From an uncultured Nitrososphaerales archaeon (GTDB lineage Archaea > Thermoproteota > Nitrososphaeria > Nitrososphaerales > Nitrososphaeraceae), in the NCBI GenBank assembly GCA_963713605.1, contig CAVQMO010000001.1:1056001-1120000 (forward strand): DNA of 64,000 bases. Direction: 5' to 3'. Made by a program: the position numbers and the translations under genes. The notes beneath the pieces are model-generated. The model ran no database searches and was not told the DNA's origin. It was given only the letters and a program-made list of their open reading frames with translations. Shown here in pieces: positions 20,929 to 31,540 of this stretch. How positions within the stretch are numbered: position 1 is the first letter of the stretch; the number at the start of each line of letters is the position of its first letter.

Positions 20929-21051
20929 TAAGGAACAAACACGATTCGCTGGCTATTATTTCTTTTGACAATCATGATGAACAATTAGAATAATAGGGTC
21001 GGCCATTATTTGGAAAGAAACTGTTTTCCTTTAAAGTATCTTCTAGCCTAT

Positions 21052-22078
21052 TTAATCAAACGGAGCGGAAATGGAATCACGAATTTCTATCAAGTCTCTA
21101 AGGATTGCACTTGCAGTTTCTAAACCGCCAGCACCTCTCCCTACTATTGTTTTCTCTCCGGAATATTCGGAAGAGAACGTCACAGCATTTAGGGTTCCAG
21201 TAACGCATATCGGATCATTTCGCTGGATTTCCAAAGGCATCACACTAAGTTCATCATTATTGCAATATGCAATTAGTCTAATAGCCTTCCCCTTTTCGTG
21301 TGCATCCCTTATCGCATTCAAATTCACCTCTGAGATACCTCGTCTTGAAACATCTGCGATACTGACCTTCCTTGACATAATCCAATTAGCCATTATTACA
21401 AGTTTCGCAGCGGCATCATATCCTTCAATATCAAGTCTTAGGAGCCGCTTCAGCGAATCCTTTCTGTTTGGCGTCGGATAGCGCTTGCTGAAAAGTGAGC
21501 CCCTCTTCCTCCATTTTACTAAGAATGTAATTAGTTGTCCCATTGAGGATTCCTCTGAAAGATAGAATCCGATCTCCTCTCAGGCATTTTTTCGCAAATT
21601 CAAGAATAGGGGTTCCACCTCCAACCGTACCACTAAAGGCGAGTCTGACGTTGTTATAATTCGATAACTCTAGCAATGACGAAAAGGCCAGGGCCAACGG
21701 CCCCTTATTCACTGTGATTACGTGTTTCTTGGTTTTCATCGCAGACACAATATGAGAAATCCCAGGCTCGCCATTCTCAAGATTTGTAGGTGTAACTTCG
21801 ATCATAACTTCAGCATCAATATTTTCCATAAAATCACTGGTAGTGTAAGAGACCTTCTCGCCGTCGTGGTACGCAGACACAGATTTTTTCATACGTTTTG
21901 CTTCTAAAAGCCTGCCAAGATCCAACCCCGCTGGAGATACAGCCATTCCATTGGTATCAACACATGCTACCACTCTAGGATTCAAACCAAACGTGCTATA
22001 AAGCTCGGCTGATTTAGAAAGAAGTATTTTAACAAAGCTTTGGCCCACCACTCCAAATCCAACAATTATAATACGCAA
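21052..22078 (-). CDS. hom: Homoserine dehydrogenase, frameshift ~21440
   Basis: GFGVVG, VITVNKGPLA, TVGGGTP, GILNGTTNYIL, GFAEA..LDIEGYDAAAK, GRGAGGLETASA. Confidence 0.93.
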
Positions 22079-22185
22079 TTTATATTCTGAAGTAATTCTC
22101 TAATTAATATACGTAAAATTTGTTTGTAATGGAACAAACCCATTTATTGCTTTCCTAAAACGAATTAGAACGATTAACACAGAAT

Positions 22186-22950
22186 TTGCTAGAAAATCTG
22201 TTCTTGACATTTGTCGTCGGAGTAGTTGCAGGCATAGTAGGCTCATTACTTGGACTGGGTGGAGGCATCATAATATCCCCCATTCTAACTTTATCCGGAT
22301 TCTTACCATCGCAGGTCGCCTCGACGAGCTTGTTGGCGGTGGCGTCAACTGGAGCCTCATCAACGATATCTTATTCTATTAAAAAAAAAATTAGATATAA
22401 CATCGGAATCAAGGTTGCAACCTTCGCCGTTCCTTTTTCAGTAATTGGTGCCCTTATTTCTTCCGTCCTAGATGGAGATGAATTCAAGTTGTATTTTGCC
22501 ATATTGTTAATATCAACGAGTTTCTATCTATTAATCCGAAAGTCAATACGGGAGGATAGACTTGCTCATGAGAAAAGGGGAAAATTAATTTCGAATGTCT
22601 TGCTATACTTTGGATCTTCAGCAGCTGGTTTAATATCGAGCCTTTTCGGAATAGGAGGTGGGATCATTTTTGTTCCTCTATTGTTTGCAGTAAAAAAACT
22701 ATCAATGCAGCAGTCAGTCGCCACGTCACAGCTCTCTATAATGATAACCTCAATTGCGGGCCTCGTGACTCATTCAGTCCTATTTCAGCAGGATTATGCG
22801 TTCGCCGGGGCAATAGCTTTGGGGGCACTAGCAGGTGCGCAGGTTGGTTCATTTATCGCTATTAGAATCAGTGAGAGATTGTTAACAATCCTATTCTCTA
22901 TTTCACTCTTAATTATTTCAGTCCAACTCATTTTGGGTTATTTACAATAG
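22186..22950 (+). CDS. Sulfite exporter TauE/SafE family membrane protein
   Basis: Duplicated GxGGG..I.P motifs, about 8 TM helices. Confidence 0.88.
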   Translation: MLENLFLTFVVGVVAGIVGSLLGLGGGIIISPILTLSGFLPSQVASTSLLAVASTGASSTISYSIKKKIRYNIGIKVATFAVPFSVIGALISSVLDGDEFKLYFAILLISTSFYLLIRKSIREDRLAHEKRGKLISNVLLYFGSSAAGLISSLFGIGGGIIFVPLLFAVKKLSMQQSVATSQLSIMITSIAGLVTHSVLFQQDYAFAGAIALGALAGAQVGSFIAIRISERLLTILFSISLLIISVQLILGYLQ

Positions 22951-22955
22951 TACAT

Positions 22956-23165
22956 TCAAACTTTGATATCTATCATCCAACTGCCAAGCAGGGAAGGAAT
23001 TCTTTGTTGTGTTCTAATGCTATTCCAACTTAATATTAGTTCATTCTCAAGTTTTGTTTTTTGCCTTCTATGATGATCCGAAACAAGGTGGGTAAATATC
23101 TGTTCACATGAGCTCATGTTCTTAGAACATACGTTACACTTATTCGTGCTAGAAAAAGAATTCAA
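22956..23165 (-). CDS. Small C2H2-type zinc-finger protein
   Basis: CNVC-x12-HLVSDHH. Confidence 0.55.
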   Translation of the reverse strand: MNSFSSTNKCNVCSKNMSSCEQIFTHLVSDHHRRQKTKLENELILSWNSIRTQQRIPSLLGSWMIDIKV

Positions 23166-23249
23166 TATGCCATCTTACTCTCAAGATGGTTAATATGTTA
23201 TCGCTGGCGTATATTTTTGACTAAAGAATGTTAGCATTTCTGCTTGCAT

Positions 23250-23440
23250 TGCCTAGCCACCGTCATAGCATATCCGCAGTAGAGGCGACTAAAATCTGAC
23301 GGTTAGTGGGCAAAATCTGGTAGAGTTAATACCTTTTTGTTTCGGTACCTCTTACAGGCTTTATAGGGGGAGGCGAGCTTCTCCAGTTTATGCGACGGAT
23401 TAGCTAAATAATGCCTGGAAGCTCCTTCTCCGGTAAGTAC
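23250..23440 (+). ncRNA. Candidate structured intergenic RNA (2-3 hairpins); strand uncertain
   Basis: ACCGTCA/TGACGGT plus TGCCTA/TGGGCA stem; GGGGAGG-GAGCTT-CCAG / CTGG-AAGCTC-CTTCTCC stem. Confidence 0.3.
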
Positions 23441-23533
23441 AATGTTACAATTTAGACATTTGTATCGAATAGCCAACGTCACTCAACAGTTTAATTATAC
23501 ATACATGGCTAAAAAGTATGTGGATGTGGTGTT

Positions 23534-25722
23534 TTAACGGAGCTTAATTACTTCTCTGTTATCAGGAACTGAGGTTCTCAAATGATACTTATTGTGGATC
23601 GAACTAGCAATATTCTCAGACTTTGATTTTTCACCGTGGTTAACTATCACTCTCTTGGGTTTAACTCGATAGACAAAGTTCATAATCTGATTATAGTCGC
23701 TATGTCCACTAAAACCATCTACCCTTTGGGTGTCACAATTTACAGGAACGACCTTTACCTTCCCGTTCTTGTCCATCATCCCAATTTCATTCATGATTCC
23801 ATCCATCACACGTCTCCCCAATGTTCCATTTATTTGATATGAAACAAATATTATCTTATTTCCTCGTATAGGAGCGATCGACTTAAAATATTCTACCGAT
23901 GGTCCACCTTCGAGCATCCCTGACGTTGCCATTATAATGGAAGGATTCCGATCTTCTAAAATCTCGTCCCGCTTTCCGGGTCCATTTACGAGAGTAAAAT
24001 ACTCGGACTGAAACGGATTCACGCCAGAAGAAACAGACTTCCTCACGTTAAATCCAAGATAGTGTGCATACGACATATGGATAGCGCTAGCCTCTGAGAT
24101 CATACCTTCAATATAGATCGGGCATTCGACCAAATTTCTCTCTCGCATTTCCTTGTCCAACACCAACATCATCTCTTGGGCTCTACCCACGGCAGGAACT
24201 GGAATCAACACCTTACCGCCTTGCTGCAGGGTATGGTTTATGCTTTTTGTAAAATTATCATATACAGAGGTTTGATCAGGCATAATATCAGAAGTATTGC
24301 CATAAGTACCTCTCGGTAATCAAGGTTTCGACCCTTGGGTAAACCGAGAGAGCAGTATCAAGTAACTGAGTTCTAGCGTATTTGTAATCGCCAGAATATA
24401 ATATATTATGCGCTCCCGATATATTCAAATGCACTGTAGCACTTCCCATAATATGGCCTGCATTGTTGAGAGTAATTGTAATATCTGGTGAAATATCGGT
24501 AGGCTTGCCGTATGGCAAGGTTATACAGTGCTTGATCACTTCGTGAACATCACGAGACTCGTAAGGTAAGTAACTACCGTTTGCCTTTGCTATCTTGACT
24601 GAATCCATTTGGAGGAGCGTCATAAGAGGCAAAGTGGGTTCAGTCACAATAAACCGGTCCTCTATATCCATATCTATAAAGTGCGGGCAAAAATCCTTGG
24701 TGGTCAATATGTGCATGACTCAAAATGACTGCGTCAAGATCATTTAGTGTAAAAGGGAACCAATCTATCCTAGGAAAAGCGTCTAGACCAAGTGCCTCAC
24801 CTGGATTTATTCCGCAATCCAACATCACTTTACTTTCTGGTGTCGATACAACGAAGCATGACCTACCAACTTGCTTAACTCCACCTAAACAATAAATTAG
24901 AACCTCTGTCTTGCTGGACGTGCTGAAAGAAGACTTGTCGAGTCTAGCGGTAGCTTCAGACGAAATCAAATTGTCATCGACATGACTCTCTTCCAAGTCC
25001 TGATTACCCTTCCGTTTGATACCGTCCAAATAACTGTGGTTACCAACCACAAGAGGAGTTCTAAAAATTCGCTGTCCTAGTTCCTGAAAGAAGGTACTTC
25101 TCTCCCTGGCAGAGCCCTTCAGAGTTGAATGAATTGTCTTGATACTCGTAGAAGGTATATGCGGAGAAAGTCGAGTCCTTGCTAGCCAACCTGTTAAAGA
25201 TGCAATTTCTATAATCAATGAAGGGGTGATGGCTTCCGGGCTACTTAACTCCAAAATTACTTCGCCCGTTGCATCATCACAGAAAGCTGCCGAGAGAGAA
25301 ACATTCTTGGGGACGAGCTTCAAAACTGTTGCCCTAGTCAAATCCTCCGAAATCCGTATACTTGGGTCAGTTCGGATCACAAACCGTTTCTTCATAGTCT
25401 TGGAGAGGCCTGAAAGGTGCAATGTAAGCTCAGTGAGCGCAAATTTGGGATTTTTTGTATATAGTGCGATCTTTGGCCCTTCAAACCGGGCGGCAGTAAT
25501 CGATGCTTCTTTTGGAAGCAATGGAATTAGTGAATCATACAGAGATTCACCCCGTGAATCATCGGCCCGGTCAGTCGTCCTAAATCGCTTTTTGTCTGAT
25601 GTCTTTGTTAAGTTGAAAGACATAGTATTTGCTTCGGAATTCGGGGATTTATGGAGCCCTGATTTCGCATGGGGGACACTATTTAACTTGAAATCATCTT
25701 CCGAACCGCTATCTTCTTTCAA
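23534..25722 (-). CDS. fttA: aCPSF1/FttA KH-domain beta-CASP ribonuclease (transcription termination factor); two +1 frameshifts (~24645, ~24308)
   Basis: FEGPKIALYTKNP KH region, LGG.KQVGRSC, SHAHIDH, NAGHIMGS, ESTYG, AVGRAQE, ATSGMLEGGP, GFSGHSD, NHGE. Confidence 0.93.
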
Positions 25723-25942
25723 ATTGATTCATTTCCAGCCCGCAAAGGTATTATACGGTCAACTTAAAGTTTTAGCCAAAAGTTATCCTACCAGAATGGG
25801 CAAGTAAATACTTGACTAATCCACTAATATATCTTGTTGATATGTGAGAGGCATCATAAGTTTCCAATAGAGAAATATTTGTTTTGTGGCCTTTATGAGG
25901 GGCACTGCAATTGAGCAGGGTTTGGGTGTCGTATTTATAATT

Positions 25943-26800
25943 CTACACATCCACAAGTTTACTCTCGTCAAACGATTTTGAATTGTACCAATTATACCTG
26001 AAGAAATCCAGACACCAGTCGTGGAAAAGCCCCTCATGATCAATAGAGCGATTACTGTAGAACATGGAAGTCATGTCGGTTAAGCCTTTGGAATTAGGGA
26101 AGATCACAGTAGCTTGTTGTTCATTCAGAACCACAGCCACTTGGATTTTGTCTATCATTCTCCGTTCAACTTCGCCGCTTTTCAACAAGTCCTGATAGCC
26201 AACCTGTTTAAGCAGGTCCATACGCTTCCTTGGAACTAGCGCATTTTGGGGGAGAATATAGCTAAATTTTAACTTCTTACTTTTAATACGAGGCAAAATA
26301 GCTTCAATCAGTTCTAGTGGAATTTGTGGTAGCATTGCACAGATGAACTCTTCAGACTCCTCGTACATTGTTTTCCATCTTTCAATTACGGCAACAAGCC
26401 CGTTAACGAATTCACATTTATTAAGAGCACCTATTCGGTAAATGAACTTCATTGGTATATCTCCAGCGATATGTTCTGAAAAGTAGTTCTGATATGTAGA
26501 GAGAAAACTAAAGGTCGAGATCTGTCTAATGATGATATTTCCAAAAGTTGAAAGTGAAAAATTCCCACTTGAATCCTTTTCAATCAGTCCTGCCTCAAAA
26601 AGTCTGTTCAGATTCCGATGTACCTCTTGCATTGTTACATCCAGATCTCGTGCAAGCTTCGCCAATTTTGTCTTCTCATTATGCAATTTGAACAAGATTT
26701 GCAACCTATGTTCGCTCGCAAGTTCAAAGAAAATGTGTTCAGTATGTTCATAGTCACTAATCACCGGAAATTGTTCACCTCTATCCCCGTTTGCATGCAT
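25943..26800 (-). CDS. ArsR-type wHTH transcriptional regulator with C-terminal DUF1724/FilR1-like domain
   Basis: FFELASEHRLQIL...LARDLDVTMQEVHRNLNRL..AGLIEK; C-term F.DWC.DFF.Y.W. Confidence 0.8.
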   Translation of the reverse strand: MHANGDRGEQFPVISDYEHTEHIFFELASEHRLQILFKLHNEKTKLAKLARDLDVTMQEVHRNLNRLFEAGLIEKDSSGNFSLSTFGNIIIRQISTFSFLSTYQNYFSEHIAGDIPMKFIYRIGALNKCEFVNGLVAVIERWKTMYEESEEFICAMLPQIPLELIEAILPRIKSKKLKFSYILPQNALVPRKRMDLLKQVGYQDLLKSGEVERRMIDKIQVAVVLNEQQATVIFPNSKGLTDMTSMFYSNRSIDHEGLFHDWCLDFFRYNWYNSKSFDESKLVDV

Positions 26801-26991
26801 TTCTAGACTCTATCATCTATTTCAACCGGTTTCAAATATTAGTTTCTTTAGTCAAGTATTTACATTTAGCCCATTATTAATCTCTAAATATCGACAAAAT
26901 CACTCGTGGTATCATGAACATAAATATGTATTTGGGGAGGGACTCGTGAATGGAACAATATGATAAAATGGGACCTTTGCCATTCAACGTT

Positions 26992-28227
26992 CTACCTTAT
27001 AATCCATGGTAATACGAAAGATATGGCAACAATCAACACCATCACAAGCGTCAAAATTAGAGATGCGTTTCTAAAACGGGTGGAACCCGCATTAACTTTT
27101 CTTTCGATAAGTGAGTTGTACAATTGTCCTCCATCAAGTGGACCTATTGGCAATGCATTGAAGATGCCTACGTTAAAGTTGATGAACCACAACCAAAATA
27201 GGAAGTTAGCAATAATTGGAAAAGCGGAGCCTAATGTTGATGAATATTTTGATGCCATTAGATCAGAATAAGGCACTGAACCTTCAGCCATAGTGGGTGG
27301 GAGAAGAATCGCAATTGGGTTCGATCCGAAGGCACTCTTGTATCGACTAAGAACGAATTCAGGATCAGGTGATACGTTCGTAATCGTAACGCCAAGAATG
27401 CCTGTATTGGGTTGCACACTGGCCGGAATCGACGCAGTTTTTGTAATTACCTGACCGCTACTATCTTTCCATGCGATTGCCACTCTATTTCCTAAATTCG
27501 ATTGAAGAAGCCTGCTTAAGTCCTCAATGTGCTTTACTCTGTCCCCTTCGATATCCACAATCACATCTCCCTTCTTCATACCAATCGAACTTGCAAGTGA
27601 ACCATCACCTACAGTCATTATCTCTACTCCATTTTGAGCGTCCTCCGGTTGTGGCAACGGGACAAGTGAAGAGACAACCATATAGAGTAAACCTAGAGAA
27701 AGCCCGGCCACTATCATATTGTTCATGGGACCTGCCGTGAGAATTGCGCTCTTTTCCTTTAGTTTGGTTCTAGCCAACTCATCCCTCTCTATATTGACAA
27801 ATGCTCCAATAGGGATACCCAAGATGAGCACCAATCCAGTAGATTCCACCTTCACGCCGTACACCCTAGCTACGATTCCATGTCCTGCTTCATGAATGAT
27901 AATTGTTAGAACTAGGGCAATCCAGCCATAAGTCCACGGCAAATAAGGGTTTAGACCTGGAATAAGGAGGTTTGATTGAGGTCCTATATCCCTAACCCCT
28001 TCACGAGCTGCTCCATTGGAAAAGAGAACCATTAGCGAACCTACTATCAAAAATATAGCTAGAGCAGTTATAAGTGGCATGAGATAAATATTAAATCTAG
28101 CATAGAACTTCGCGATTTTACTACTTGCTACTTTATCGAAAAAACTTAGTCCATAAGGTGTATGAATAAGAATTAGTGGAAACTTAATCTCAGCCCGTAC
28201 CTTGTTGCTTTGTGCCTGGTTTCCCAA
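26992..28227 (-). CDS. Site-2 protease (M50) with PDZ domain
   Basis: IHEAGHG, AGPMNN, central PDZ, FNALPIGPLDGG. Confidence 0.93.
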   Translation of the reverse strand: MGNQAQSNKVRAEIKFPLILIHTPYGLSFFDKVASSKIAKFYARFNIYLMPLITALAIFLIVGSLMVLFSNGAAREGVRDIGPQSNLLIPGLNPYLPWTYGWIALVLTIIIHEAGHGIVARVYGVKVESTGLVLILGIPIGAFVNIERDELARTKLKEKSAILTAGPMNNMIVAGLSLGLLYMVVSSLVPLPQPEDAQNGVEIMTVGDGSLASSIGMKKGDVIVDIEGDRVKHIEDLSRLLQSNLGNRVAIAWKDSSGQVITKTASIPASVQPNTGILGVTITNVSPDPEFVLSRYKSAFGSNPIAILLPPTMAEGSVPYSDLMASKYSSTLGSAFPIIANFLFWLWFINFNVGIFNALPIGPLDGGQLYNSLIERKVNAGSTRFRNASLILTLVMVLIVAISFVLPWIIR

Positions 28228-28423
28228 CTTTTACTATAACGGTATATGGCTATTTAAATGAAGTCATTAGCCAATTAGAACATGCGAATTCACAAATAGT
28301 TAAGACGAATATGACGTAAATTATGAAATAAATAATATGTTACTGAATTGTGAAGGTTGCAAAATTTGAACACTAATATATATAAATCAAAGATAACTCT
28401 GTGAAACGGAATAGTAAGGAACA

Positions 28424-29152
28424 ATGTCTGGAACAAGAGAAAATCAAGGTCTGACTGAGGGTATTATCTCTGGAAATGAAAGAAAAATGCTTTCTGAGCC
28501 CCCCATCGATGTCCTGTTTAATCCATCTCTTATCTTGAAACGAGATGCTTGGGATATCGATGTTGTGTCAATGCTAAGAAAGCTGTTGGATATTCTTGAA
28601 AGGATTCAAAATAAGGATTTGAGAATTTGTGGTGTTGCTGCCTTGTCATCATCGATGATACACCGAATAAAAGTGGAAAGTATTTTCAAGTTGCAAACTT
28701 TGTCTGAAAAGAAAAGCAAACCATCGAATCATGGAGATGAAAATCCTATTGAGAGTCTACACCCTATCACAATACCCTTTCGATACGAGTCAAGCTACCC
28801 TGTCTCGCTGCAAGAGCTTCTGTCTGTGCTAGAGAGCATGGTATCGACCCTCACCGAATCAGGGACACGTAAACCTCGCATTAATATAGGACCTGTTGAG
28901 GACTTTTCATTTGATGAATATTTTGTAAAAATTGAAGAAATCTTAGCGAAGTACGAAGCGATGATCCGTAGTAGGCTTTTCGAACGTGAGAATGAATTAT
29001 TCAGTAATTTGATCGAAGATATGGACCCGCTATCGAGTGCTAGATGCTTTCTTGCAATGCTGTATTTGGCCTTGAAGGGAAATATCCATATAGAAGAAAC
29101 TAGTGATAGCGAAGATATCCTTTTATGCCTTGTACGAGACGGTTCGCGGTAG
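28424..29152 (+). CDS. scpA: Segregation and condensation protein A (kleisin)
   Basis: DAWDIDV..L...DLRICG.A; C-terminal winged helix ARCFLAMLYLA..G; next to scpB. Confidence 0.8.
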   Translation: MSGTRENQGLTEGIISGNERKMLSEPPIDVLFNPSLILKRDAWDIDVVSMLRKLLDILERIQNKDLRICGVAALSSSMIHRIKVESIFKLQTLSEKKSKPSNHGDENPIESLHPITIPFRYESSYPVSLQELLSVLESMVSTLTESGTRKPRINIGPVEDFSFDEYFVKIEEILAKYEAMIRSRLFERENELFSNLIEDMDPLSSARCFLAMLYLALKGNIHIEETSDSEDILLCLVRDGSR

Positions 29153-29171
29153 GCGTAGTGGAAACAGTGAG

Positions 29172-29702
29172 ATGAAAGTAAAAGAGAATGGTCTGTTGGA
29201 AGATGAAATTAGGGCACGTATTGAGGTAGCCCTTTATTGTTCTGGGAAACCAATGTCAATCGATGAGCTAGTTAGGGCCTCGGGTATCACTTCGAGAGAA
29301 AAAACCGTTCTAGTCATCAAGGATTTAATGAATATGATTAACTCCCAGTTTAAGGCATTGGAAATAGCTAAGTTAGAGGACGGAACTTTCGTCTTGCAAG
29401 TGAAACCCATCTATCTATCGATTGTTAGAAAGTTTTCGCATCAACCTATTTTGTCACAAGCATCTCTGAAGACCTTATCCTATATTGCATATGAGCAACC
29501 AGTTACGTCTACTAGGTTGGTACGAATTAGAGGTTCTCAGGTTTATTCGCATCTGAAGGAATTACAGAGTCATGGATTTGTTAAGCACGATGCGTTAGGC
29601 AGATTAAAGGTATACAAGACAACTGAGAAATTCATAAGCTATTTTGGAATTCCGAACTTAGATTTGTTGAAAAGAAATTTAGTCATAGCTGGTAAACCGT
29701 AG
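29172..29702 (+). CDS. scpB: Segregation and condensation protein B
   Basis: IEVALY, LS.ASLKTLSYIAYEQPVT...IRG, YKTTEKFISYFG. Confidence 0.9.
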   Translation: MKVKENGLLEDEIRARIEVALYCSGKPMSIDELVRASGITSREKTVLVIKDLMNMINSQFKALEIAKLEDGTFVLQVKPIYLSIVRKFSHQPILSQASLKTLSYIAYEQPVTSTRLVRIRGSQVYSHLKELQSHGFVKHDALGRLKVYKTTEKFISYFGIPNLDLLKRNLVIAGKP

Positions 29703-29793
29703 TTCTAGGATATTTAGGGTCATTGGTAATTTAACTGAATGCATCCTAAGTATTGAAAAGTATTAAATTACCCCTTTATGACGTTGGTCTATT

Positions 29794-30180
29794 ATGCGAA
29801 AGTCAATAGAGAACCTCACTGGCAGAAAATACACCGGGGGCAAAATTACTCCTTGCAGAAGTCGAAAAAAATACGAGATCGATCGATATCCTAATGAAGC
29901 TCTAGTGGGTAAAAGTATCTCTGTTTCGCGACGAACCAGGGGCGGAAATTATAAAACCGCGTTAAAAAGTTCAGAATTTGCAAATGTAACAGACCCTGAA
30001 ACTAGGAAGACTCAGAAGACGATTATTTCCCAGGTAATTAGAAACCCTGCAAATAGGGATTACGAAAGGAGAGGAGTGGTAAACAAGGGAGCTATAATTC
30101 AAACTGAGTTAGGTGTCGCAAGAGTGACATCCAGACCTGGACAGCATGGGTGCGTAAACGCAGTTCAAATTTCCCAATAG
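29794..30180 (+). CDS. rps8e: 30S ribosomal protein S8e
   Basis: RKYTGG, RTRGGN, NPAN..Y.RR.V..KGAII.TELG.ARVTSRPGQHG.VNAV. Confidence 0.96.
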   Translation: MRKSIENLTGRKYTGGKITPCRSRKKYEIDRYPNEALVGKSISVSRRTRGGNYKTALKSSEFANVTDPETRKTQKTIISQVIRNPANRDYERRGVVNKGAIIQTELGVARVTSRPGQHGCVNAVQISQ

Positions 30181-30657
30181 CTCTTTCGCGTTTGATCTTG
30201 CTTAATTCGCTTTTTTTATCTCTCCGTGCACATTGAAGTCACAATAATACTCAGTAGAATAATTCGGTAATGCGAAAGTCGTTTTCAAACGAAATCTGTT
30301 GAAGAGCCAATATAAGGGATACTAAACACTTTACCTATATCCTATCCAAGCATATTATGGTACATCTTCGAGACCCTTATGAACACTAATAAAATCCAAA
30401 TGCGGATAACCTTCTCTAACTTTGATCGCAAAGTACTATTTTGAACAATCTACATAAATCAGCATCCTGACCGTATTATCAAATTCAGCCAATAACTACA
30501 CCTAATCTAGAAGGGTCAAGTGTGCTGTGCTGTGCCATCAGAGCACCATTGATCTACACGTCAATGTGAATTTGATTGTATTGTTCATCATTGCAATTGA
30601 ATTCCCCGGGAAATAACGAGTGAAATTGTCTATGAAAATAAAGGAAAGGATATTAGA

Positions 30658-31474
30658 GTGGTTCTTGAAAGATATGATGTTAATACTAGCATTGAAATTA
30701 TAGCTCCACATGCCGCTTTGTCATTTAAGTACTGTGATGAGCCGGGTTTTTCTCCCAAGAAGTACCTCGTTATCTCGGATCTTCACCTAGGTTTCGAGTA
30801 CAGATCTCGTTGAAAAGGGGATTCGAATAAATTCGAAATTCTTTACCCAACAAATAGTTTCAGACGTACGTGCGATAGTTAAAGCCTTCAAACCTGATGG
30901 CATAATACTGCTTGGAGACATTAAAGATTCAATTGTCAATATTAACTCTATAGAGTGCTATCATATACCTCGGTTCTTGAAGGATCTGACTAACGATTAT
31001 CACGTCTATTTAATTCCGGGAAATCATGACGTGAAAATCGAAAGTTTGTCCCCAGCTGACGTGTCAATAGCTAGCCCCACAGGGATTACGATGGGTGATA
31101 CACTCTTTGTACATGGTCATACAATGCCGTCAAGAAAAAAATCAGCAGTAAATAAAATAGTAATGGGACATTTGCACCCAGTATTAAATAAGCCGGATAG
31201 CAACCTAAATGGTGAACGTGTTTGGATATTCCTGAGGGTTAAGAAAAGTTCTATTTTCAAAAACGAAGAGGGGTACCTTGACATAGTAACTGTGCCTTCT
31301 ATTAACCGGTTTATCACTCCATCCAATGACTTTAGAAGAAAGAATACTATTATTTCTATGTCACCTATTATTAGAAACGCAACGAAATCTTATGACTATG
31401 TTAAACAGGCCTTGGTAGTTTGTTTGGACGGTTATGTTTTGGGAGATGAAAAGCTGCTCCCATTTGTAACTTGA
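30658..31474 (+). CDS. Calcineurin-like metallophosphoesterase, +1 frameshift ~30801
   Basis: Hand-recovered N-term YLVISDLHLGFEY, then IILLGDIKD, PGNHD, HGH, MGHLHP. Confidence 0.85.
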
Positions 31475-31540
31475 ATATCGCCCAAAATCCAAAGCTCAAG
31501 TAATCGATCTTTATTGCTTTTAATCGATTAGTAACAGGTT

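Noticed and set aside
25139..25807. 222-aa plus-strand ORF and similar antisense ORFs over carB, cdc48, mrp, hom and htrA
   Set aside because: Shadow frames opposite well-supported genes, with no recognisable motifs.
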